IMG/VR virus record: IMGVR_UViG_3300042318_000959
Coordinates: 5,802 to 69,801 of that record
Direction: 5' to 3' (one strand)
Length of the DNA: 64,000 nt
Source of the DNA: a virus
Lineage: Duplodnaviria; Caudoviricetes
The notes beneath the pieces were generated by a model that saw nothing but the letters and a program-made list of their open reading frames with translations, did not search any database and had not been told where the DNA came from. Below, in pieces: positions 1 to 9,300 of the stretch. Each line of letters opens with the position of its first letter. Position 1 is the stretch's first letter. The translations under genes and the position numbers were made by a program.

Positions 1-2669
1 GTCTGCCCCATAACCATTTCTATGATTTGCTGAGCTTGTTCTTGTGGAATACCTGCTTCTACTAGTTGTTGTAATACTTGTTGAGGGTCTGCACCTTGTT
101 GTAACATAGTTGCAACTTCTTGTGTTATAGCTTGCATTTGATCACCACCTGCTTGTTGTGGTACTTCTCCTTGCTCTCCCATTTCAGATTGCATACCACC
201 TTCTTGGTAGTATGATTGCATAAAATTAGGAGCAAAATTAGTAGCTTTACCCCAAATATCTTCCATTTGCTGTTTGTTTAGTTTTTTATTGACTTTTGTA
301 TCAATAAAATCCATATCATCTTCTGGATAAGGTTGTTTATTTCTGTCAATATCATCTTGAAAAGCTGATTCCTCATATGCTTTTTTATAAATACCTTCTT
401 TGTACCACGTAGGGGATTTTTTATTAACTTTTACATCAATAAAATCCATATCTTCTGGGTAAGGTTGTTTATTTCTGTCAATATCATCTTTAAAATCTGA
501 CTCCTCGTATGCTTTTTTATATTTTCCTTCTTTGTACCACGTAGGGGATTTTTGTCCCCCTTCTTGGAAGAATCCTCCATTGCCAAAACCAAAACTTAGT
601 TGCCCAGTTTGTGCAGTTCCTTGTCCTAATCTTGGGGCTCCTTGTCCTAGTCTTAATACACCTTGTCCTAATTGTGCATTTTGGGCTCCAGCTGATAATT
701 CCGGTGTAAAATAATTTCTTAGTGGAGCTGCTCTACGGGCTGGACCAACTGCTGAACCTACTTTGTTCACTACTTGTAGGCCTTTACTTGTGGTCTGTGC
801 CAATCCTGGAACTTTTCCGGGCAAAGGTAAATATCTTACGTATTTAAGCTTGCCTAATGCTGGTGCTGCATCTAGTGCTTCTATAGCTGCCTTTTTATAT
901 TCTCCCTCTCCTGCATAATCTGCTGCATTACCTAAAGCATTTGCCCAATATAGTGGATTAGCTACACCTAAAACTTGATCATACGCATTCTTACTGTTTT
1001 TTGAAAATCCCTCTGCTGGTAGCTCTCCATATTTGGCGTAGTTACCAAGTGTTTGTACTGGATTAGCTAATCTTTCCCCAACTCTGCTTATCATAGTGCC
1101 GTCATCCGCAACTCCTATGTTTCCTTGGTTTCCGGAATACTTAGGCTTTCCTTTCATAGCATTCTGGAAGTCTTGGTATGTAAAATCTTTTGCTGTTTTA
1201 GCTGGTGTAACTTTTTTATCTGCTTTTCTAGGTGTAGACTTAGCCGGTGTTCCTGCTACTGGTTTAGATCTTAGATTTTCTTTTTTAAATCTTGGGTCAT
1301 TTAGCTCTGATAATAGTTTTGTATTGTCCTGGGCTGTTCCACTTGTATAGCCTAGTCTCTTAGCTTCTGCCCATGGCATACCTGTTTTTTGTTCCCAAGC
1401 ATCTCTAGCTGATGTAGATTTTTGGCTTGTTTGGTCTTTATTGTACATATCCATAAATGAAGCTGCTTGTTCGTCTGTCATTTCATTTGGATCACTATAT
1501 TCAGTTATTTGTTCTGAGTCATCGTATTCTCTATTCTGTGGTCCAAATACTGGATTTACTTCCATTATTGGCTCTACTTCTTCTTGCCCAGTTTTGTTTT
1601 TTAATTTACGTCTTTGCTCAGCAAATTGCGGATTTTTTAATGCCATATTTAGTGGTAATTCATCTCTATATGTACCTGCATCTTGAAAATATCCACCGTA
1701 TGCCAGGCTCTGCTCTCTTCCTTCCCCTGTCATAGTTTTGCGTTGGTCTTCTGCATAACCTTTCATAATCTGATTTTGCCTTTTTTGAGCACCCATTCCT
1801 TGTAAGAATGATTTTGTACCTTTTAGTGCTCCAAGAGCTGCTCCAGCTATACCCATTCCAGTATTACCTTTTGCAAACTGTTGCCCACTAAATCCAAGAG
1901 CATCTTCCATTCCCACATCTCCATAAGGATTGGCAAACTGAGTTATGCCAAACCCACCTGCATTTTCTCTTGCTGCTGCTCCTCCATCAGTTGTTAGTGG
2001 CTTTAGTTTTTCATCAGCCAAAGACATATTCATGTACTCCTTATTATAGTCAATTGGTTGTTTCAATTTTTCATCAGCTGTAGACATGCCCATATACATT
2101 TTATTGTAATCAGGTTTGGCAGTAGCTAAAGAGTTACTTTGTGGTTGTTGTGTTGGCGACTGTCCAAAATTAGTTTGCATACCTGCTGGGTTATTCTGAT
2201 ACCAGTTAGGTGTAGTTTGTCCAAAATTAGTTTGCATACCTGCTGGATTATTTTTGTACCATCCGGCATCTTGCATCATAGGAAGTTGTGTTCCCCCCAT
2301 CTCATGCTTCTGGTTCCACATAGAATAAGCTATTGCTATAGCTTGTTTTTGTGGTCGGCCTTCTCTCATTAAAATACCTATTTTTTCACTAATCCAATCG
2401 CTTTTTTGACCTCCGTCTTTATATGCTGGGACTTCTGCTACATAACTAGCTCCCCCAAATTTATATTCGTTGCCCGGCTCCATATATGTAGGATTGTCCA
2501 TAGCCATACCATTTTGGTCTAGGGGTTGTCCGTATACTGGGTAAGGAGTGTTCCTCATTGTTATATTCTCACTAGGTATGTAATTAATAGGGTTATTTTC
2601 AGAAGCGTATCCTGGAGTATAGCCTGTATTATTTACTAAATTCGATTTTTTCTTATACTTTCTCATCAT
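1..2669 (-). CDS. Large virion cargo/ejection-type protein, partial (runs off the left edge; >889 aa; absent from the ORF track)
   Basis: ATG at 2669 (MMRKYKKKSNLVNNTGYTPG...). The frame reads open to base 1 (...QQIIEMVMGQ). It contains modules ending in YKDGG, HEMGG, MQDAG, LAYGG, FQEGG and YQEGG, a KQAIAIAYS motif, a WAEAKRLGYTSGTAQDNTKLL motif and a Gln/Met-rich tail. It lies downstream of the muzzle gene, where crAss-like phages place cargo proteins. Confidence 0.8.
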   Translation of the reverse strand, partial: MMRKYKKKSNLVNNTGYTPGYASENNPINYIPSENITMRNTPYPVYGQPLDQNGMAMDNPTYMEPGNEYKFGGASYVAEVPAYKDGGQKSDWISEKIGILMREGRPQKQAIAIAYSMWNQKHEMGGTQLPMMQDAGWYKNNPAGMQTNFGQTTPNWYQNNPAGMQTNFGQSPTQQPQSNSLATAKPDYNKMYMGMSTADEKLKQPIDYNKEYMNMSLADEKLKPLTTDGGAAARENAGGFGITQFANPYGDVGMEDALGFSGQQFAKGNTGMGIAGAALGALKGTKSFLQGMGAQKRQNQIMKGYAEDQRKTMTGEGREQSLAYGGYFQDAGTYRDELPLNMALKNPQFAEQRRKLKNKTGQEEVEPIMEVNPVFGPQNREYDDSEQITEYSDPNEMTDEQAASFMDMYNKDQTSQKSTSARDAWEQKTGMPWAEAKRLGYTSGTAQDNTKLLSELNDPRFKKENLRSKPVAGTPAKSTPRKADKKVTPAKTAKDFTYQDFQNAMKGKPKYSGNQGNIGVADDGTMISRVGERLANPVQTLGNYAKYGELPAEGFSKNSKNAYDQVLGVANPLYWANALGNAADYAGEGEYKKAAIEALDAAPALGKLKYVRYLPLPGKVPGLAQTTSKGLQVVNKVGSAVGPARRAAPLRNYFTPELSAGAQNAQLGQGVLRLGQGAPRLGQGTAQTGQLSFGFGNGGFFQEGGQKSPTWYKEGKYKKAYEESDFKDDIDRNKQPYPEDMDFIDVKVNKKSPTWYKEGIYKKAYEESAFQDDIDRNKQPYPEDDMDFIDTKVNKKLNKQQMEDIWGKATNFAPNFMQSYYQEGGMQSEMGEQGEVPQQAGGDQMQAITQEVATMLQQGADPQQVLQQLVEAGIPQEQAQQIIEMVMGQ
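285..552. repeat. Tandem duplication of about 130 bp within the cargo CDS
   Basis: Two copies encode KSPTWYKEG.YKKAYEES.F.DDIDRNKQPYPED(D)MDFID.KVNK (44/45 aa). Confidence 0.9.
2160..2262. repeat. 57-bp tandem duplication within the cargo CDS
   Basis: Two copies of TGTCCAAAATTAGTTTGCATACCTGCTGG.TTATT encode WY.NNPAGMQTNFGQ. Confidence 0.9.
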
Positions 2670-2680
2670 TTTTTATAATA

Positions 2681-5293
2681 TTATTTTCTACTAAATAGTT
2701 TTTTTGCTAAGAAATTTGCATCTCTTTTTATTTTTGAATCTATTACCATAGTGGTATCTCCTTTTTTAAACCTGTCTGTCATATAATTTATGTCCGGCTT
2801 TCTACAGTTTACACAACCATAGCTTGCATATCTATTTTTTGCATCTTGTGCATATAGTGGATTCCTTTTCTCAAAATCATACGTAACATGTTGTGCAATG
2901 TCTTTAGCTCTGGCGGCTGGTTCCCCAAATGCTGCTACTGGCTGTAATCTAAACCCTGGTTGCCCGTATATATCACCCTTTGGGTTCATTGTATAAGTTC
3001 CTCTAGGTGTGGCTTTTGATTCTGGGTGTGTTTCTAGATAAGCAACCCCCCTATCATTTATGTTTACATCTGGATTTGCACCTGTAAGTACAGGAAATGA
3101 TTTTATAACTTTTCCATTTTCAAGTATGTAATTTGTATTTGTTCTTTTGTCTGTTACCACACCATTTTGTAATTTCATTTCATTACCTTGTGGTGAAAAG
3201 TCTCCTCTCATAACTTTTTCAAATAGGCTGATAACTTGATCTGCTTCTTTTATTTCTTTTTTTGCCTTTGCTACAGGGGCTTTTATTGTTTTTCTAGTTA
3301 CTGGTGGCTGTGTATTTTGCATACTGTTTTGCTCTTCTTGTGAGAATCCATTAAATTGCTTCATATCGCTTCGTTGTGAAGTTTTATTATTGTTATTTGC
3401 TATTGTAAAATTTTTATCTTTTAGTCGATTTAATAACTCTATGTTGGAACTAGCTGTCCCATCTGAATAGCCTAGTTTTTTAGCTTCTGCCCAAGATTTT
3501 CCTGTTCTCTTTACCCACCAATCTCTTGCTGAGTCATTGTCAAATTCTGAAAGTTCCCCACCATCTTCATATTTTTTCATTTCGTTATCTTTGCCACATT
3601 TATGACAGTTGTACATATCCTCTTTGCTAGAATCAGACTTGTTCCATGACCATCCACAGTTACTACATTTTACTTTTCCCTCTATTTCTCCTCCATCTTT
3701 ATAATATTGTCCTAATATATTCATAGACTCTTCATCTATTTTTCCTGAAAATGGGTGACTTTTTACTTTTTTTACATACTCATTTACTGTTGGGTTGTTT
3801 TTTATGACATTTTCTCTAAGGTCTACAACCCTTTTCCCATATAGTGGGTTCTTTCTCATATTTATGCCCTTTTTAGTTAGAGGCACTCCATATATTTTTT
3901 GCATGTTAAACCCATGATAGCCGCTTTCTGTTGTTGGGTATACATTACCTAACCCATTGTAAGCTTGTATTCTAGTAAGATCATCTTTTATGCCGAGTTT
4001 ATCTGCATATTTCATTTTATCTTTTATGGTTAGTACAAAGTACTCTTCTTCAGATTTTGCCCCAAGATCCTTTTCCGCCTGTGGCCCGGTAACGTGACCT
4101 ATGTTATCGTCAGTTTTACCTAATCCTGTCTCCTGTAATCCTATAGATACTGCAGTATATGGGTCAACTCCGTGTCTGTATGCTGCCTCAACTATTCTTC
4201 TTATTGTTGCGTCATCATAATAACCACTTTTTAGATCTGCGTTTGGGTTTATTGCTTTGCCTGTTGTGGCACTTATTTTTCTAAGGTCTTCAAATTTAAC
4301 TACCTTTCTTCCTCCAAGTTGGAATTGTGATGTGGTGTCTTCCCTATCTTCTAGGTTTGACATTTCCATAAATTTTTTATAATCAAATACAACATCTTGG
4401 TTTTCAAAGTCTTTAACCATTTGTTTAGCTATATTTGCTCTATTTTGTGGATCTTTTACTTGAGATAAAATATCTGCAATGCCATTAACCATTTCACGAT
4501 CATCATTTGTTTGACCACCATCTCTATACTGTTGCTCTTGTTGTTGCATCTGTTGAGGTGCTACATACTCTGGCAAAGCTATCTGAGGCATTTGATAATA
4601 CGCTTGATCTATTCCTGTATCTTGTTGTTGCTGTTGGTACTGTTCTTCTTGTTGCTGCCTTCTTTCAGAATCTTGCTCTTGTTGGTATTGCACTTCTGTC
4701 AAGAAATCCTTTTCTTTTTGTTTTTGTAGTAGCTCTGCTTTTGCTTTCTCTGCTTCTAAGTCTTCTTTACTGGCTATGTCTGGTGCTGTTTGATAGTCAC
4801 CGGTATTTATAGGTAAATTAAATGATGTATCTACTCCATAACCATAGTCATAGCCTTCAGTTGCAGAGGGTTTTATACTCATTTTCTTAGCTAACCAATT
4901 CTTTACAAAGCCTACAGTTTTTCCTTTTACAAAAGGGTTGTGAGCTATCTCTAATCTTGACATTACACTAGAGATAGGAGCATTATCTGCTGTCTGGTAT
5001 AAGTTTGCGTATCCTGCTGAACCTAAGAAATGTGCCCCGTATAAATCTGCATCTGTTGGATTTATCCCTAGTCTCTTTTTAAGATAGTTTGCATTATTTG
5101 TGGTTAATCTTAAAGCTGCCTCTTCTTGTAGTTGTGGATTATATATGTCTTTAAGATTATAGCCCATATTTTTCCAGGTGCTTGGTAAAAATTGATACCT
5201 GCCTGATGCCCCATGTGGGTTATGTGCTGAGTCATCACCTGAGCTTTCTGAGGCTCTAATTTTTGAAAGGTAGCTACTATAAGGATTTGACAT
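2681..5293 (-). CDS. Virion-associated multi-domain peptidoglycan enzyme (lysozyme-like + SLT transglycosylase + Zn ribbon + YkuD/L,D-transpeptidase-like)
   Basis: N-terminal ESSG...GRYQFLPSTW (lysozyme-like). Central AYRHGVDPYTAVSIGLQETGLG...AYNG (SLT). CSNC...CHKC ribbon. C-terminal FPVLTG...TPRGTY...H...SYGCVN (YkuD-like). Confidence 0.8.
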   Translation of the reverse strand: MSNPYSSYLSKIRASESSGDDSAHNPHGASGRYQFLPSTWKNMGYNLKDIYNPQLQEEAALRLTTNNANYLKKRLGINPTDADLYGAHFLGSAGYANLYQTADNAPISSVMSRLEIAHNPFVKGKTVGFVKNWLAKKMSIKPSATEGYDYGYGVDTSFNLPINTGDYQTAPDIASKEDLEAEKAKAELLQKQKEKDFLTEVQYQQEQDSERRQQQEEQYQQQQQDTGIDQAYYQMPQIALPEYVAPQQMQQQEQQYRDGGQTNDDREMVNGIADILSQVKDPQNRANIAKQMVKDFENQDVVFDYKKFMEMSNLEDREDTTSQFQLGGRKVVKFEDLRKISATTGKAINPNADLKSGYYDDATIRRIVEAAYRHGVDPYTAVSIGLQETGLGKTDDNIGHVTGPQAEKDLGAKSEEEYFVLTIKDKMKYADKLGIKDDLTRIQAYNGLGNVYPTTESGYHGFNMQKIYGVPLTKKGINMRKNPLYGKRVVDLRENVIKNNPTVNEYVKKVKSHPFSGKIDEESMNILGQYYKDGGEIEGKVKCSNCGWSWNKSDSSKEDMYNCHKCGKDNEMKKYEDGGELSEFDNDSARDWWVKRTGKSWAEAKKLGYSDGTASSNIELLNRLKDKNFTIANNNNKTSQRSDMKQFNGFSQEEQNSMQNTQPPVTRKTIKAPVAKAKKEIKEADQVISLFEKVMRGDFSPQGNEMKLQNGVVTDKRTNTNYILENGKVIKSFPVLTGANPDVNINDRGVAYLETHPESKATPRGTYTMNPKGDIYGQPGFRLQPVAAFGEPAARAKDIAQHVTYDFEKRNPLYAQDAKNRYASYGCVNCRKPDINYMTDRFKKGDTTMVIDSKIKRDANFLAKKLFSRK

Positions 5294-5329
5294 ATTTAAA
5301 AAAGTTAAACTTTTGCGTTATATTAGTGG

Positions 5330-5364
5330 CAAAATTAATAAAAATTATTGAGTTTACAAAATTA
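5330..5364 (-). promoter_or_regulatory. Bacteroidota sigma-A-type promoter, late variant
   Basis: TAATTTTG (5330-5337) with TTTG 19 nt upstream, the latter inside a second TTTAACTAATTTTG copy. Confidence 0.7.
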
Positions 5365-5365
5365 G

Positions 5366-6295
5366 TTAAATTTCTGACTCATTGAGAATAAACTTTAAAG
5401 CTATGCTATATCTACTATCTTTATCATATGTCAGCTTGTTTAAAAACCAGTCTCCCCCCATTCTTTCAAGTAAGGCTTTGCCTTTAAAACTCACGGCAGT
5501 GGAGTTAACAAATTTGTCTATTTGATTCTTATCTTGTAATAAAAAAGGTAGATTATTAGTGCTGCTTTTTACTCTATTGTAGAAGTAGTCATAATTCCAT
5601 TTAAAACCATCCGGGTTTGTAATCATAATATCTTGGGTATTATTTGTATTTGTTTTTGGATAATTTTTTGAATTCGCTATTTTTGTTTTTTCAGGTATTA
5701 GGTTTAAGTTACCAGAGCATACAATGTTATTGTATATCATAGACTTATTAAATGTTAACCCTATACTTGTTGAGTAATCATAATCATTGTGGTATCTTTT
5801 TGCTTCGGTCCAAATTTGAACATTATTCAAAGTCTTAGTCACAAACTCCTCCTTTACTGGGTACTCTACTATAAATGGTTGTTTTTTACCGTAGAATACT
5901 TGGTAGGATTTATTTGTAAGTAAATGTGACCATAGTCCAAACTCTGAGTAATCAGCTGTTGTATTTACTCCAGATTGGAAATAGTTATTGTGGTTTATGT
6001 AGTAGTTAGGTTTAAACCCGTAAAAACTCATCCAAGAACCCATTATTGGAGAGAAAGCTACTGTCCAAGAAACATCCTCAAAATCAGTTGGATTTATCTG
6101 TACTGGTACTACTATATTAGTGACTGTTGGGTCTACTGTATCTAAGCAATCACAATGTGCATTGCCACCAGGATCTAGTACTAGGGTACATCCTGGTGGA
6201 CATTTTACATTATTTTCTACTGTTATTTTTGTACAGATTACCGTGCCATTTACTGTTGACATTACATATTCTTCTGTTGGGCAACTACAATTCAT
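5366..6295 (-). CDS. Tail stabilization (muzzle) protein, separated C-terminal part
   Basis: SWTVAFSPIMGSWMSFYGFKPNYY resembles the C-terminal region of crAss-like/P22 gp10-like muzzle proteins. It starts 11 nt after the 2193-aa gene. Confidence 0.6.
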   Translation of the reverse strand: MNCSCPTEEYVMSTVNGTVICTKITVENNVKCPPGCTLVLDPGGNAHCDCLDTVDPTVTNIVVPVQINPTDFEDVSWTVAFSPIMGSWMSFYGFKPNYYINHNNYFQSGVNTTADYSEFGLWSHLLTNKSYQVFYGKKQPFIVEYPVKEEFVTKTLNNVQIWTEAKRYHNDYDYSTSIGLTFNKSMIYNNIVCSGNLNLIPEKTKIANSKNYPKTNTNNTQDIMITNPDGFKWNYDYFYNRVKSSTNNLPFLLQDKNQIDKFVNSTAVSFKGKALLERMGGDWFLNKLTYDKDSRYSIALKFILNESEI

Positions 6296-6306
6296 TTTTT
6301 ATTTTT

Positions 6307-9300
6307 TTATGATAACACTACTCCTGTACAAGGGTTGATTGTAAATGAGTTTAAGTTAGGACAAGCATTGTATACAGTCGATCCATTTCTTATAATTCTC
6401 ATGTGTGATGCAGAGGTGTGGCATCCACCAAGTCCAAATCCTTCATTATCAGTTATTGCTATGTTACAAGTTAGATTAAATGTTATGTTTCCGCCCACAG
6501 ATGCAGCTGCTATAGCTTGGGCTTGTGTAGTAGTTAGAGTAAACTCATTATATCTTGAAGATCCTCCTGTTGGTCCAACATTTCCTGCATCGTAAGTTCC
6601 TCCGGTATTACTAAGATGTGCTATTCCTACGTTTACTCCATTGGCATTAACTACAAAGTCTGCTGCATTACATCCGTGATTTCCTGTACAATCTGCAGCA
6701 TTTATATACTCTACTATTATTTTAAAATTTGCAAGACATTCTAGAATAGCTGCTTTTATATTCACTGTGTAATTTAGAGTATTAGTGCAACCATTTGGTG
6801 CTGTTGCTACTATGTTGTACACTGCTGTTCCATTGCCTGTTGCTGCTATTGTGTCTGTTATCGTTGTTCCTGTTCCTGAGTTTGTTCCTGTAACTCCTGC
6901 AGACGGTGTGACTGTCCATGAGAAAGTTGTACCTACAATATTACTACTTAGAGGTATAGCTATAGTATTGCCACTGTCTATGGTTTGTGGAGAAGTAGGT
7001 GTTGCAATTATATTTGGTACTGCGTTTACTGTAACTAATACGTCTTGTGGCTCTCCTTGACACCCACTTACTATTTCAAAAGGTCTTATTGTGTAAGTTA
7101 CTGTACCTTGTCCAGATAAGTTTTGTGATATAATATTGCTGCTTCCTGATGTAGCTCCAGTAACTCCTGATTGTGTAGCTGTCCATGAGTAGCCAATACC
7201 GGTTTCAGTGCTTGTTAGTGCTATACTTGTATTAGTGCCACTACAGATAGTTTGTGGACTTGCAAAAACATCTGCTGTACATATACATGTTGCATCTAGT
7301 GTATCTGTATAAGTACAAGTTTCTGTTAGTGGGTTATAAACCCAACCATCTAGACATAAATTTAATCCATTTGATTCTAGTTGACACACTCCATCCCCCA
7401 ATACATAGCCTGTTGGGCATGTTACTATTGGTTCTTCATCATCACATATAGTTTTGTCAATTACAAATCCTTTTCCTTCAACATACTGTATACAATCATT
7501 TTTGGGTATATAATCTCTCTTAGTTAATAAAACTCTTCTGTATCTACTATCCCATCCCATTGTAAGACCTAATCCATTATATGGATTATCTATATCTGTA
7601 TTTGGTATGTATTTTAGTATTTTAAATGGTAAGTGCTCTTTAAACCAGTTTCTCATTCCGCTGGATTTGTTACCTACCATAGAAGATATTTCTATCATTC
7701 CTTCTCCATTAGATGGTACCATCAATACTTGTCCTCTCTTTGCATCTGCAAAAAAGTGACCAAATTCATTTGATATAAATGCTGAATTTTGTGTTCCTCC
7801 ATATCCTAAATTAGTATTGTGAAAAGATGTCGATCTCCTTTGGAAGAAAGAGTTTCCTCCTAACAAAGATAACACTGGGCTAGACCCATCATCTATCTTA
7901 CTGTCAACCTTGTTATACAGTATTGATGTGTTAGCGAATCTTGCTAAGATAGCTTGTCCTTCAATGTCAATAATATCTTTTAATTTTCCAAAGTTTGTTT
8001 GGAATTCAAAAATATCTAGTGGTCTATATATTAGCCATGGGTCATATAGAGAGTTTTCAGTACTGTCTGGTAGACTTGCTATTATTCCATTTGGCATATC
8101 TTGTGTACACTCATTGAATGATCTTTCATAAGTGTCTGATAATGTTCTTTTTCTAGTTAGAGATATTTGCTTTGAATACTCTGAGTTATACAAAAATACA
8201 TTAGGCTCTCTAATAGAAACTGACTCTTCTTGTGTCCAAGTACCTAAATCACCTACTAATGGGTAAAAATTTCTACTCTGTTCTTTCCCTGCATATCTAT
8301 AATTAGTGTTAATCCTAGTTTCAGTTAAAAAATTAGTGATGCCATAGTAATAAAGATAAAACTTAGATGGTGGTAGAACATAGTTTCCAGATGATTTTAG
8401 GTTATCAAATGAGTATTTGCTATCAAGGTCTGGAAAAGCTTTTCCTCCATCTGAGAAGTCGTCCTCATTTTGTTCATAGCTGCAATAAAACTTTGGGTTT
8501 GTGCCAATGTTACTATAAAAAAAGTAATTAAACGGTGTTAGGTCTGCCTGTTTCATTGCTGTTACTAGGAACAATGGCATTTTTCTTTTAAGAGTGTGTC
8601 TTGAAATATAAGTATCCCCACCAAATATAGATAAGCATTGTGTCCCTATATTTTTCAAACTTCCAACATGCCCAGTTGACAACCACTTTATAGAATTAAT
8701 TGTTCCATATTGAGTTGGTAAGTAGTTCTTTATCGCTGCATATGGAGATGCAATATTTCTTATAACTTCTGGGCTACGTCCTTTAGTAACAAAACCTGCT
8801 TGTGATTGGTATGTAATGCTAGAGTCTGCCCCTTTATCATATGTTCTATAAAGTGGTCCAGAAGGAGTTGTTGTGCTTGGATAAGTTATTGGTTTATCCC
8901 CAAAAGATAATAATACTGACCTCTCTCTATCAATATTATTTATACTTAGTCTTTCCCCTGTTAATTCATTTGTAGTTACAAATCTACCATCATTCAAATA
9001 CTTTGCAATATGCAAGCCTCTTAGTTTATTTCCTTGTTCTTGTGCATTTGTTAAGTAGTTGTAATATCCATCTGCATAATAGTAGTAAGCAAAATTATGT
9101 GGGCTACCAAAGTCTCTGAATATCTTTAACCATTGGTATCTATATTGTCCTTGTTTATATATAATTCCCTCAGCAATCCCAAAAGCCGTAACTACCCCTG
9201 CTGCTATAAACGCTGGTAGTCCAAGACTTGCACCGAAAACCAGACCTCCCATACCCCAAACTTGAGCATTAGATGATATTTCAGCTGCTTTTATTATTAT

